DNA of 64,000 nt from Camelus ferus (lineage: Eukaryota): NCBI RefSeq assembly GCF_009834535.1, contig NC_045707.1, forward strand, positions 47,804,001-47,868,000, read 5' to 3'. Position 1 is the first letter of the stretch. Each line of letters starts with the position of its first letter. Positions 21,795 through 36,438 of this stretch are shown here, piece after piece. The translations under genes were made by a program, and so were the position numbers. The notes beneath the pieces are model-generated. The model was not told the origin of the DNA. It saw only the letters and a list, made by a program, of their open reading frames with translations, and searched no databases.

Positions 21795-23845
21795 CATATG
21801 TTTAATAAGATAGAGGAAAGGAAGAGCATGAAAAATAGAGAAATTAAAGATATGAAATACCCAGAGGGAACTTCTAGAAAAGAAAGTTATAACATTTGAT
21901 ATAAAAATACACTACATGGATTTATAGCAGATTAGACACTGGAAAAGAAAATGTCTTGGAATTTGAACACAGAGCAGAAGAAATGATCTAAAATAAACAT
22001 AGAAAAAGACTGAAAAAAATGAAGAAGAGAACAGTGAGGTGTGAGACAATATCATTGATCTAGCATACATGAAATTGGAGTTCCATGAGAAGTGGCAAAT
22101 AGAATATTTGAAATAATAATGGCTGTAAGTGCCAGTATTTGAGGTAAGCTAGTAACTATAAATCCGAAGATCCAAGAAGTTCAATGAATCTCAAGCAGAA
22201 AAAACAAATTTTTTTTAAGGAAGTCAAGAAAAATCACAATGAGATTAAGAAAAAACAAAAACAACAGTGATAAAGACAAAATCTTAAAAGCAATGAGGGG
22301 ATAGAGAAGAATAAAGATATGAATGAAGACATATTTCTTGTCAGAAACTATTCAAGCCAAAAGAGACTAGAGAGACATCTTTAAAGTACTGAAAGACAAA
22401 AACTGTCTACCAAGAATTCTTTATGTAGGGAAAATATCTTTCTAAAATTAAGCCAAATAAAGATTTTTCAGACAAAGAAAAGGAGAGGTGATTCACTTCA
22501 ACAAGTATTAAAGGAAATTCTCTAGACAGGTAAAAAATGATAATGGTGGAAATTTGTATCTACACAAAGAAATGAAGAGCACCAAAAATGGATAATACAT
22601 GGGTAAATATAGAACAGATTTTTTTTCTGTTGTTTTACAACCTCTTTAAGAGATGGGCAACTCTTCAAAGTTAAAAAAAAAAGTGAATTCTGGACTTTAT
22701 GTCATAAGTATAAGTAAAAGTTGTGGCAACAAAACACAAAGGACTGAAGGAAAAATGGATATAGAACATCATAAGATTCTTATATAATGTGTGAATTTAT
22801 ATAATATTACTTAGTGGTAAACTGTGGTAAGTTAAAAATGTATACAGTAAACCACAGAGCAACTACTAAAAAATAAAGAGTTGTAGCTAATATGCCAATA
22901 GTGAAAATAAAACAGAATAATAAAAAACTCACCTACTACCAAAAAAAATGGAGGAATAAATAAGAGAAAATAGATAAATAGAAAACAGCAACATAGAGGA
23001 TTTAAAACCAACAATATCTATAACTACATTAATGTAGAAGGCCTAGACATGAATTAAAGGACAGATACTGTTAAACTGAAAGAAAAGGCAATAGCCAACT
23101 ATGTGCTGCCTGAAAGATACCACTCAACAAATAGATATTAATAAGTAAAAACAAAAGGATGGCAAAAGAATGCCATGCAAACTCTAATCAAAGGAAAGCT
23201 GGAGTGACTGTATTAATATCTGATATTTTATACTTAGAAACAATTATACTTAGAAATCTTGACACTTTGCTCTCAGTAACTGATAGCAAAAGTAGACAGT
23301 AAATCAGTGATGATAGAGAATCCCTGAATACTGGAACAATACTATCAACCAACTGACCTAATTAACCTATATAGGATGTTTCATCGAACAACAGCAGAAT
23401 GTACATTCTTTTGAAGAGCACACGGAGCATTCAATAAAATGAAACCAACATTATTATGAGCTATAAAATAATTCTCAATAAATTTAAGGGGCTTAATAAT
23501 ATACAAAGTATTTTCTCTGACCATAAGAGAAATAAACTAAAACTCAATAACAGAGATATATCTGCAAAAATATACAAATATTTGGAAACTAATCCATGCA
23601 TCATAGAGGAAATCACAAAAGATATTAGAAAATGTTTTAATCTGAATGAAAATGAAAACACAATATATCAAAATTTGTGGAATGCAACAAAAGCAGTGCT
23701 TAAAGAGAAGTGTATAGCATTAAATGTTTCCATTAGAAAAAGAAGAAAGATAAATCAATAATCTTAGCTTCCATCTTAGGAAACCAGAAAAAAGAGGAAA
23801 TTAAAGCCAAAGTAAGCAGAAGGAAAAAAAGAATAAAAATAAAAG
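21795..23845 (+). mobile_element. Ancient L1M body: decayed ORF1, inter-ORF region and ORF2 endonuclease; 3'-truncated
   Basis: A-rich sense L1. ORF 23456..23761 (..IQSIFSDHKRNKLKLNN...NENENTIYQNLWNATKAVLKEKCIALN) is the end of the L1 ORF2 endonuclease domain (SDH motif). Many stops elsewhere. Confidence 0.88.
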
Positions 23846-23849
23846 CTAC

Positions 23850-24060
23850 CCTAATTGAACACTTACTATGACCCAGGCATTGTCTTGAGTGCTTTATGCC
23901 CAAGTATCTTTTCTAATCTGTTCACAACCTGTGAGTTAGTCATTATTATCCTATTTTTCAGATGAGGAAATTGAACCTTGCTGATGTTCAATAACTTCCA
24001 AGTTCATATAGTTAGTTAAGAGCTAGAATTGTAATTTAAACTCAGATCTAACCCAACATC
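23850..24060 (-). mobile_element. MIR SINE
   Basis: 'attattatcctatttttcagatgaggaaattgaacc...ataacttccaagttcatatagttagttaag'. Confidence 0.75.
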
Positions 24061-24124
24061 CTGCAAATTTAATTGAGCATATTTATACTATTAAGCATAT
24101 TTTATCTTCAATTTGATATTTCTA

Positions 24125-24270
24125 TTGATATATACATAGATATCATATAGTACACATATACAATATAGCATACATATATGCATACATATGTATACACATG
24201 TATATGTATATACAGTATATAATGTGTATATATATGTACATATATACACATACACACACACACACGCACA
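24125..24270. repeat. Low-complexity TA/CA/TG alternating purine-pyrimidine tract
   Basis: Read directly. Confidence 0.9.
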
Positions 24271-24984
24271 TAAGTTCTTTATCAATCTAGAGTCAAAAGG
24301 CTCCATTTGCCTAGCACGTTGGAGAACAGTTTAGAGATCAGCCGTCACTATTAATGAAATGATCTACCATGAAGGACATCTGTGGAAACACAGCCTGTGA
24401 CTAGAGCCCATGAATAATTTCCACTTGCTCCTGTCAGTCTTTCAAGCTGCGTGGCCTTGAGTCACAGAGACATGGATGGGCAGCTGAAAGTATCACAGTG
24501 TATTCATGGCCACCATGATTCACTCAAGTGTTAATAGCCTCTTACAAAGGTACATCCAGCCTCCTCCAAATATTAGGCAATCAAACTCGTGTTCTGTACA
24601 TGAGAAGCCAAACACATCTCTTTCTAAGCACTGGATGCCTGATTCCTATTCCTGGGACCGCATATGATTACCCTATCATCTTGGGCAAGTCACTTTGGGA
24701 TCCTCTGTTTTCTAACTCTGGATCTGTCGTTTTTTCAATTGTTTAATGGAAGGGAGGAAGAATCTCCAATGTCCTCTCCCTGTTGATTGTTTTCTACCCC
24801 TCCTCTCCAGCATTGTCAACACAATTGACAATGTTGACTGTCTTATCAGTATGACTCCTGATTATCAGTTCCCAATCTCCATAAAAGTAAAAGTCAGGTC
24901 ATAATATTCACTTGCTCCAAATCTTCTAAAGGCTTCCCATTTCACTAGAATAAACCCTAAATCTTTACAATTACCTGCTTTTTG

Positions 24985-26060
24985 ACTGTTTAACGCCAAC
25001 CCCCGGGTTCCACTAACCGATATAACTCTGGGCTGTTCTCTATTGGCTTTTCTGATTGTCAACAGGTAATGAATGAAAAGTAAATCTTTTTTTCAAGGTG
25101 ATCAAAGTTTAGTGCAGTAGAAGGTCTAATCCATATACATTTTAGCGCTGTCTCCTCCTCACAGCTGTTAGCACTCAGGCTGTAAATCCAGGAATAAGAG
25201 GAGGGTGCAAGGTGGTTTCCTCACTTTCCCCTCTCAATATCTTTTCCCCCTTTTCTAGCTGTGATTTCTGGCCTCTCCAGAGATGGGGGTAAATGGGTAA
25301 GCAAGATGAAGTGGAACGGTGCAATGAGTTTGACTGGTGCTATTATAATTGGTCATTGAAGTCCTCGAGTAGTGGACATCCCAAGTGACTTTCTCTCATG
25401 GGGCATTTTAGTGAGTTTTTTTGTTTTTGTTTTTGTTTTTGTTTTTGTTTTTTTTTTTTAAGATACCTCCCTTTGCCTACATTACAGGGCTTTCAGTAAC
25501 TGTTCTGCTGACTCTAGTTATACCTTCTCAGGCCGGCCACTTACGATTTCTTCATTCTCTTGGCTCCTAGTGGTACATTCTCACTGATGAGGTCATGTCA
25601 CCCTTCCAGGCAGTCTCTCCCAAGATGACCCGATCTGCCTTTCTTGAGGAGATTCTTGTTTGCGCCACCAAATTCTGGAAGTGCTGTTTATTCCCATTAA
25701 AGCTTAGTCCTAGACACCAGAAAAAGGTAGTTTAGGCCACAGTCCCCTGTGTTTTCAAGTATGAGTCAGACATCAGTCTCCATGTCTTCTAAAGTCCAGA
25801 AGACATGTAGTAAGCTTTCTGAGTGGTTCCACTAACATGCCTCTTTTTTGGTTTGTGTTAAAGAAGCAACACTTCTACCTGGGGTGGAGGGTGAGGATGG
25901 GGACACTTACTAAATTGATAACACCTTCCAAAGAAGCCTCAGTGCCAGCTTCTTTAAAGTCACTTTTGACAGGTTGGAGGTTGCCAGTGTGATTGCATGG
26001 GTAGAACCATTTCTCTTATTGGGTCCCTTAAGCTACCATCTAGTGTTAGAATGTGGGTTT
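24985..26060 (-). mobile_element. Ancient LTR-like sequence (recalls LTR78) running into the right inverted-repeat arm
   Basis: Starts TG and has remembered similarity to an old ERV1-class LTR ('gcactcaggctgtaaatccagg', 'cctcactttcccctctcaat', 'gagtcagacatcagtc', 'aagctttctgagtgg'). Family and right boundary are uncertain. Confidence 0.4.
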
Positions 26061-26212
26061 CCTTGGCACCAACTATACTGGACCTCTTCTGAGACATTTA
26101 GAGAAGAGGAAATGTCCCATTAACTTCCCCTTGCACATGACTTAATCTACTCAATCCACAGTAATATCTTTATGATAAATATAGCAAGAGAAACCAAAAC
26201 TGAAATAAGAAC
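25726..26212 (-). repeat. Right arm of 487-bp inverted repeat
   Basis: Reverse complement of 21308-21794. Confidence 0.98.
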
Positions 26213-26748
26213 TAGCCAGAGATACAACCACTGAGACTTAATCATGCTTTTTTTTTTAAATAATGCATAAGGCCTACAAAATAAGGAAGAAAAAAATGGA
26301 AAGTCTTAGCTTTATGCATCAATTATTAGCTTCACATGATGAGTTTTACAGCCATTAGAATGTGGACAGAGATTGAATTCACTTGCTAAAGGCTCACTTT
26401 GCTCTAACCTCTAGTTCATGACCATCAGACAACAAATTAATTTCCCCTATAAATACTTATCTATGATTAGGCTTGCTCTTGTCCTTTGGTTTTTGTCGTA
26501 TTTGACCTCTACAATACCCTCGTTTGCCCAGAGATCTCCTGTTGTCAGCACTGCTTCCTAATGAGCTCAGAGACATTAAGGCCACCAGCAATGATGCTAG
26601 AGTTAAGAGCCCCAGTTAAAAAAAGAAGAAGCAGTTCATATTGAATGTTAATTCCCTGACCCACATCCACGGATCAGCTTTGCATTTTATCGAGTTAAAA
26701 CTCATACAACTTTCTGAAGTTCTTCCACTTTTTTATAACACCCTAACA

Positions 26749-26927
26749 CAGTGCCCTCTTAATCGGGATTGCATGTTAGAATCACTTGGGGAGTATTTAA
26801 AAATTCCAATGCTCAGACCGCAGCCCAGCCTAATTAAACAAGAATCTTGGTGTTTGGACTCAGGTATCAGTCAGTGTTTTTAAAACTTCCTGGTATTCCA
26901 GTGTGCAGCCAGGTTTTAGTGCTACTG
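26749..26927. mobile_element. hAT-Charlie MITE, MER5A-like
   Basis: 'gcatgttagaatcacttggggag...aatgctcagaccgcagcccag...gtgtgcagccaggttt...ctactg'. Confidence 0.75.
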
Positions 26928-28464
26928 CTAATACCATTTGCCTGATATGTAGCTTTTATCCATTCTTAGCAGAACACATAACCAAAGTCCTTATGAAACT
27001 CCATCCTATCTAGGTAGAAGAGATGAACAGTGCATTGCCTAAGATCTGGTATGTTCAGTTTTCCTGCCCAGTGCCTCATTAAATGTTGTTTAGGCTCCAT
27101 CATTTAAGATCAAGTTCTAATGACAAAATTTTAATTGTTTAGTTTCTCTTGAAAACCCAGCTATTCAGACAACAATGGCTTGCTTCTCCCCAGGACAAGC
27201 AGCTGGTGCTGGGTAGCAGCAGATGGCTTTAGAAGGGGCCTGTGTTTCCCCATTTGCCTACAAGCCTCTCACTGGCCTTCCCTGCCTGACCCCTACAGGA
27301 AGAGTTCTGGTTGCCTGCTATTGTCCAAGTATGAAGAAGTCTTTCAAACCTCAGGCTCTTCGTGTTCAAATGCAGGCAACTCCAACTTACTCTAAAGAGC
27401 CTTCTTTGATCTAAATGACTCAAACAGTCCTTTAACCCCTGGATTTAAAAGGTTACTTGGTTTCTCTCTTCCATTCTCTGCCAGCCCATTTTGCACCCCC
27501 CTCCCCGAGAGTTTGTTCTGTTCTTTTGCTTTAAAAAGAAAAACAAAGTGTGACTCCACATCTATTCTCCAAAGACCATAGCTTCTCAAGGCTGAGAGCC
27601 AGATGCCTGATTTGTTTTCCATCTAGAGCGGTACGTACAGAGAAAGTCATCGACGCAAGGCCATTCTGCTTTTGACCTTCCTAGGGCTGAATGCACAGCT
27701 AGTCAACAGTGGAAGCTGAAAATAGAACCCAGGACTTTCAAATCATTGTTCTGCTCACTGGGCCGTGCTTCCTCCCATAAGAACTTGGTTAAGCAACGTC
27801 CTGTTTTGCAAAAGTAGAAATCATAATATACGTATGAGAAATTGGACTTAGAAGAAATACAGGCCCCACCCTCAGGAGAGATGGCCCTGTAGCATAAAGG
27901 GAGCATGTATTCACTTCTAGCACTGCAGCATGCAGGTTGGATACACTCAAAAATGTGTGTTGAATCGTCAACTTTGTAATGTGTGGCATTTTGAACAAGG
28001 AGTTCTCACTGAGTGCCAAGGATGTGTTTGCCAGACAACCCATGTAAAGGAAATACAGAATATTAGAAAAGTTATCATGAAAATGACAGGACCTATATAC
28101 ATAGAGATGGTCAGGGACTTGGAATCTGGGTATGGCTTTTCAGAATAGAGTAGCCAGTGTCATGAACAGGGACCAGAGTTTTGGTAATGATGTGATTCTC
28201 AGCTCAGAGTATGTGTGTGGCCCACAGAGACAGGAGAAAGCAGATCTGAACACTAGGAGGGTTGAGAGTAACTGACACTTTCCCAGGCTCCCAGGGAGAG
28301 TTCAGAACTCTCTCTTCTGTGCCACCGTTTTGCAGAGAGGTTACCTCTTTTTTAGGGATCAACACGCTGCACTGGTTTTCACTGAGCTCTCTGAGGGCAG
28401 GAACCATGTAGTTCTCACTACTATTGCCCCCATGCCTAATGCACAGCCTGTCCCAGGATGCAGT

Positions 28465-28700
28465 AGAGCAGAGACTAGAACCGGACCTTCTGAGCTTGTG
28501 TCCCAGCTCTACAATCTCACAGGTGTGAGGCTTTGGATAAGCAATTTTAACTCTTTGTATTTCAATTTCCTCTTTTGCAAAACAGAGGCAGTAATAATAG
28601 TTCTCACCTCAGTCATTGTGAAAATTAAGTGAGTTACTACTTGTGAGGTTCTTCGAATGGTACTTGGTGCATACTAAGCATTCACTAAGTGTTAGTTATT
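28465..28700 (+). mobile_element. MIR SINE
   Basis: Near full-length MIR core and 3' end ('aatttcctcttttgcaaaacagaggcagtaataatagttctcacctca...gcattcactaagtgttagttatt'). Confidence 0.75.
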
Positions 28701-29717
28701 AGAGGCCATCAATACATAATTTATAAATGGAGAAATTATCTAGCTGACAATATAGGATAGGTACAATATGCCAGATGACTTGATCAGCACTTTGCATGGA
28801 TTACCTTATTTAATTCTAAAAACAAGTGCACAAAGCAGCTGCTCCTCTTGCTGCATATTACAGAGGAGGCACAGGTGGTGAGGGGCAGAAGGCTTGACAC
28901 TGTGTGGTCTGATACCACATCTTTCACTATTCTGACAACTAAGTATATATTTCCTAGGAGGAATACTAAGGTAATAGTTCCTTTATGATATTCTTTTGAG
29001 GCTCAAATATAATTTATTGACACTTTGAAAGTAGTAAAAATATATACACATATGTGAGGTGATGACTAATAAACGTACAAGAAATTCGCTCTTATTAGCC
29101 TCACTTAGCATATCAAAAGGTGTTAAAAATAATAATTAGCTTTAGGAACCAAAGAGCAAGTAAAACCAGTCATTTGGACACCAAAATGCAACTTGATATG
29201 CGGATGTCATGTCCTCAAGATAACAGCCATCAAATAAATTAACAAAAGGGCTTGTTGAGAACTGAAGTGTCGTGATCTTTTCCTTATTTCTTTGCTAAAA
29301 TATGCTTAATTATAGGACATTTTATTTATTTACATGCTGTATCTCTGAATAGTTTCCCAGTCCCTAAATACAAGGGGAAATGATGAGGTGTTTTTTTTTT
29401 TTTTTTTGGTCACAGAAATTATTTGGAGTATTCTGGTATTATGGAAAGCAAACCAAACTTGAGGTTGGGAAATGAGGTTTCTGGCTCTGGCTTCAATATG
29501 AAGTAATTCCCTTTAGAACCTAATGCAAATCTCTGAGCCTTCCTGGGCCTCAGATTTCTCTGTCTGAAAACAGAGCTTTGGATACCACTGATTATATAAT
29601 TCTTAGTGCCTTTAGATTCCTAGTGCCTAAAGATTTTTGATTTCCCTCCTGGGAATTTTTATTACAGAGCACACGTTTTCCCCATTTCCACCCTCATGTA
29701 TATATTTCAACATTTTT

Positions 29718-29796
29718 AAAAATTCTTATTTCTTATTGAAATGTAGTCAGTTTACAATGTTAGTTTCAGGTGCATAGCAAAGCAATTCAGTTATAC

Positions 29797-29851
<55 letters not shown>

Positions 29852-29936
29852 CAGATTCTTTTCCATTACAGCTCATTACAAGAAATTAAATATAGTTCTC
29901 TGTGGTATACAATAGATCCTTGTTGTTTATCTATAT
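29718..29936 (-). mobile_element. Short 5'-truncated L1 3'UTR insertion with internal (AT)23 (29803-29848)
   Basis: L1 3' end pattern 'attgaaatgtagtcagtttacaatgttagtttcaggtg'; 15-bp TSD TATT(T/C)CAACATTTTT (29703-29717 and 29937-29951). Confidence 0.85.
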
Positions 29937-30934
29937 TATTCCAACATTTTTGAAATCAGATTATTTCACAATTAAAACATACATTAAATTTAATATTTTC
30001 CCCCTTCTTCTTTCAATTGATAGTGTATCTTAGAATTAAGGCAAGGAACAAAACACAAAATAAACAAACAGTGTAACATCCATCACCACAAACAATATCT
30101 AAAGCTGTTCCAAAGGCTTGGTTGATGTGTGAATGGATTTGTGTGCTGAAAATTAGACAAAGAGCACTTAACACGTCACCATAGCATAATTTCTCTAAAG
30201 TTCAGGCCCTCTTCCAAGGATGAATTATATTTTCTCTATAGCAGCTATGATCCCAGGGTTTCCCCTGCCCATGTTGACAGCACTCTATCAGAGGACAAAT
30301 AATTTTAAAACTAAAATGTCTCAATACACTTGATTCTGTAATTGTCTGTGTGTACTAATTCGTATGAAACCAAGTCATTTCTTTGCAGTCAGTTATGAAT
30401 ACCAAGGGGCCCTTCTTTCCTCCAGGCATATCCAAGTAGGAGAACAGCTATGCTTTGTTTCAGGAAAGGACAGGGCGAAGGTTAGTTCATGGGTAGAGTT
30501 TCCTGTTTGTAATGACTGAAACCAAGGAAGGTGCCAACAGTTTTGAAGGTTTTATTAAAGGGGAGATAGTTTGTGCTGGGGTGGTGTTACAGTGAAAGTA
30601 CAATTTCCTCCACAGTTGATGTTGTTGGTCCTTTAGATGTGCCCAAGACTAATCATATGATTTCTCTGCTAATGGTCCTTTGATGGCTCCCCTTTGCCTG
30701 CCAGATGAAGTCCAAACACTGTAGTACTCTCTAAACTCTGCCCAGAATTATTTGCAATTCTATGCACTTTTCTTGCCAACTTTGTGCTTGGAATGGCTTT
30801 TCCACATCTTCACCTAGATGGCTTCCCTGTTAAGATTCAGCACAGGTGTCATCTCCCCTTAGTAGCCTTTGGTAGCTTATCAGGATAGAAACCTCTTCTT
30901 TGTGGTCTCAAAGCGTCCCATGCCTCCTTCTGTC

Positions 30935-31106
30935 CAGGGGATTCTCAAACCTGACTGTACAATGGAATCACCTAGAAACCTATCAAAACAGACCAATACC
31001 AGACCCTACTCAGGGAGTTTGATTCCACTGGTCTGGGATAGGGTCAGGCCTTTCTATTTAATGTACCCAGGCAATTCTAATGTGCAGCCAATGTTGAGAA
31101 CCACTA
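30935..31106. mobile_element. hAT-Charlie MITE, MER5-like
   Basis: Termini 'caggggattctcaaac' and 'gttgagaaccact'; internal 'gaatcacctagaaa'. Confidence 0.75.
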
Positions 31107-31138
31107 ATTTATTATAGGCTTTATGACATATTGTATTA

Positions 31139-32218
<1,080 letters not shown>

Positions 32219-35200
32219 TTTATGACGTATTATATTAAAAGCTTTGTGTTTATCTTTCCACAGATTAAATTTCTTGAGGACTGGAATTATTTTATATTGA
32301 TATGCATGTCCTCTGAGATTTAAAACATGCCACATAGTAGATGCCCAATATGTAGTTTATGAGTAATGAATGAATAAGTGAATGAATGAATGATTTGTCC
32401 ATACACATCCCAACCTCCCATCCACTTACGTTTAGAAGCTCACTTATGTGCATACAGTTGTTCAGGGTAATAAATCGTGGAAAAATAGAAGAATCAATGT
32501 GGATCCCAGGAGTTTTGGGACAAAAGATGCAGTCTAAGAGAAGTGTCTGAAGAAACAAAGTAAGGCCTGAAAAAAAAAAACCTGGGAAATTCTGAATTGA
32601 TTAACAGCAGATGCTGAAAATACAGAACCATGAAGTCTGACCTGGACAAGAATTTTGGGAGAAAGACTGATAATGCAAGAGATTCTGGGGCTGGAGATCA
32701 GGAGAAGGGAACAGCCACCTCAAAATGTAAGAGACTAGAAAGAGATAAAATTCTACCTATACAGGATAGAAATACAAGGTACATGGAGTCTCTCCAGAAG
32801 AGACTTAGGTTTTTTTTAAAGCCCAGGATCTAGGGCGTAAACGTTCAGGTATCCTTTGTGGCCTGAGGGAGAATCTGCAGAACAAGATTCAGGTCTGAGC
32901 ATCACTGGACACTGCTGTACTCTAACTGTTCTATGAATCTGTATTTTGTGGGTCATAGTATGTGCTAAGCGCTTTATATGTCTTCCCATTCAATATGCAG
33001 GATTAGGCGTATGAAGGAGACTTTGTCATAACAAATTTTACAGATGAAGACATTGAGGTTTAGGAGAGTTGAGCAAGCCACCTATACTACAAATGATAAA
33101 TGTCACCTTTTAAATGGCCATGAGCTTTACTGACCTGATGACCCTCTGTGGAGGAGAGATATTGGAGAAGATGGAAGGATGGGCTGGTGTTGTAGTGTCT
33201 CAATCCAAGAAGAGGGCTTTGCCCCTTCACGTCCTGCCAGTGGACTAGGAGACAGCAGGGGAAGGAGCCGTTTGTTGATAGTTGCCTTGAGTGTTTTGAT
33301 TTTAAAATGCTCCTACTTGTGTGTGCCCAGGACCACAAAGCGGCCTTGAACAGTGAGAACATTGCTCTCTACTTCTGAACTCTTAGTGAATGTGTTTGTG
33401 AAAGCATATGCCCTTTCTTAGAGAGAGAAGATGGACAAAAACACGTAGAATTCAGTGATTCTACAAGATGGAAGAATCTTGGGTATAAAGTTTGAACTGT
33501 TATTTTTTTTAAAAAATGAGCTGTGAATTCATTAGTACTTTTGTAATATGGGATTTGGTTATACTTTCTATAATGTATCATCAAAATTTTAGTCTTGAAA
33601 TATTTGTTTTCCTATGTTAAACAGAATTTCCTCTCCCTGAATCTCCGTCTTGACTGTTGACAGTCTGTATTCAGGCAAGCTTCTTCTCTCTTATGTTAAT
33701 AAACATTTAGGTTCCAAAACAAGATGCATTCTTAACTCTTAGTCTAACCAATCAGGTTAGTCTGTCTACCTAATGGTGTGATGAAGATGCCTGTAGATAT
33801 TGTTCCACTGAAAATTAACTCCCCTTTTCAATCAGCTGTGATGACTAGTTTGTCTAGAAAAGTTCCTGTGGTCCCAGCCTTTATGCCAAGCACGTTGGAG
33901 CTCCTGGCCTTTCCCCCGGCACTGTACCCAGTTCCCTTCTGTGGAAACTAATCATCTGCTGGAAGAGATGCTAGCTTGTCAGCATGCCAGGAGAAGGCTG
34001 GAGTTGGGGCATTTCTTTGGCTTGTTGGGAAATAACCTGGGTTTTCAACTTAGCTAAATCTGGGTTCAAATCCTGACCTTGCCATTTTCAAACACTTCCA
34101 GGGCCAAGGAAAGCTCAGCAAATGTTGGTTTCCTCTCTTGTTTCCCTCTGCTGAGAAGCAGTGCACCCTGCTTTCCAGTGGATCATTTCTGTGATCCAAC
34201 CGTACGTACATTCAGTCCAACACACCTACACAAAAAGCACACGGTTATGAATTTTACTCTCTGCTGCTTTTGGTTCTTTTTCAAGAAGCCAGGATTTCAA
34301 AAACAGCTCATCAGCAGTCTGTATTTCATGGCGATTTATTATCTTACCTCTCTCCAGAACGTGTATGTTCTATTACCCATGGCTTCAGACATGTGAAAAA
34401 ATATACTCCTCCTCTCTCAGTCTGTGTCCCCTGATAACAAGTTCAGACAAGCATTTTCTAAATAATAAAAGAGAAGGTTGGCTGCCACTGGCATTTATAA
34501 CTGACCTTATTTCAGAATTCGGTTGGGCAACTCTTACCTCACTTTCCAGAGAGAGGCAGTGTGTGCCATGAGAAGGTCTCTCTAGAGGTAGTCAAAACAA
34601 ACGGCGGTGCCTGACCTTGGGTGTGTTCCCTGGCCCTCTGTGGTTCTGGGTTTGCTCCTCTTTGTGAAAGGCAGATGGGGCCACATGGCATCTAAGGTCC
34701 ATTCCTCCTTTCAAATACCTGAGCCTACTTCTTGCTGATTTATAAGAAAACACACTGACTTGCCTGAAGATAATAAATGGCAAATATTTAAGAAGAGGAT
34801 TGGTCTTTCTCCACTTCTGCTCTTTTATGTCTGAGTTATAAAATTGTTATAGTGATTACTTTTTCACCACCCACCTAATTCCATAAAACACCTCTCACTA
34901 TATAAATGCACATGGCCACTTTTCCGGCAGCAATTACTCATTTTGTTCTTGAGAATCAGGTCTTTGCTAAAGGCCAGTAAGGGAGGGTGCCAGCTTTCTG
35001 CTATCAGACTTTATTTCCCTCTCTGGGCAAAAGGTTTACTGTGACTGAGACCAACGCCGCCTCACCCTATTGCCTTCTCCTATGGGAGCGTTACCAGCTA
35101 CTGTTTAGGCGCTCCAGATGCTGGCAACATGTGCCGGGAGGCTGGGAGAGAAGAGAAGGAACATTTACTATTAGGAATAAATGAGACATAATAGGTCCTC

Positions 35201-35704
35201 CTTGTTGTGTCTCTCTGTACTCCTTGGTGTTACACTATAGCACTTTACATAGAGATCTTATTTCTCCTCTTTTACACACAGGATCACCCTTCAAAGCAAG
35301 TCTTATACCTCTTTTACAGCTGAGCACATGGAGGCTCAGAGATGTTAATGAATTTCCTTAAGTCACCCAGGTCCCTGGCTACAAAACCTATGTTTTTTTC
35401 ATTTTGTTAGTGTGGCCTCTGCCAGGAATTCCTAAATGCATCCGAAACGGATTAAAAAAAAAATGTTCTGGGACATGGGGAAACCCTGAAATGACCCACA
35501 CCAGTGAGGGAAGCCTGCCAAAATGTTGTATTCCTCATTTGCGAAGAAAGCTCTGTGGAGGGACCCCATGAACTTGGAAGCAAATACTGAAGTATTTCAC
35601 ACCCCTATGCTAGGAGGGTTTTGAATACTTTTCCCTAGTAGATTCACAAAAGTCAGACATTATTTAAGATGCAAAAGGAATAGATACCATTGATTGGATT
35701 CATG

Positions 35705-35890
35705 TTGCTCCTGGCTCTGTGCTAAGCCCTTTATAAGCATTATCTCATTTACTCAGTCAATGCTCCATGAGACGGTTACCACTCTCTTATACAGATGTGG
35801 GCACTGAGACTTACAAAGAAGTGTCACTTATCTAAGTGGCATGGATTGGGAGGTTGGGAATCCAGGTATATCTGAATCTAAAGCAAACTG
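35705..35890 (-). mobile_element. MIR SINE
   Basis: 'gtgctaagccctttataagcattatctcattt...ttatacagatgtgggcactgagac'. Confidence 0.7.
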
Positions 35891-36398
35891 TACCTGTTGA
35901 CTACTCAATAATACCTCAGCACTTCAGGGCAGAATAGGACTCAGGGAATCCTTTTCTCTCTCTCTGTTGAGTTTACACTTCCATATGGTAACTTGAAAAC
36001 TTGTGGGAATCACTGTTGTGAGTAAAGAATGTCCACAATTGGCAATAACAATTATAGGGACAATCAGCACTGTAAATTCTCACCATACTTGCATTCATTA
36101 AAAATAGAAATTAAAGGGGAAGAAGGCAGAGGGGGAAATCCCTGTCCTGAAAGAGGTCATTCACACAGTAGAACAATCTCAGTAATTATTTAGAGGGAAC
36201 AGAACTGATTCGTTATCAGAAATAGAACTACAAAGAGGCCATCTCCAGAAGCTACCTCCCTTGCAGCATTTCCCGGAAAGATCACTTATTGTTTAGTTTA
36301 ATAGTTGCAAAAATAATAAAGAATAACAAGATTTGCCAGGCTAGATAGACTAGAAGATAAAAGATTCCCGATAATGGAATGTTTTCAGTTGACTGCAG

Positions 36399-36438
36399 CA
36401 TGATAAAGCCAAAGCTAGCAGGTCATCATTAAAGAAAG
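36399..36438 (+). other. Candidate 40-nt exon of an unidentified gene
   Basis: Acceptor tgttttcagttgactgcAG, donor AAG|GTATGT; one open frame HDKAKASRSSLKK; lies in repeat-free DNA. Splice motifs only. Confidence 0.25.

Noticed and set aside
21308..26212. DNA transposon with 487-bp terminal inverted repeats
   Set aside because: No flanking TSD and no transposase; the interior is ordinary L1/MIR/L2/LTR mosaic, and one arm appears continuous with its neighbouring repeat.
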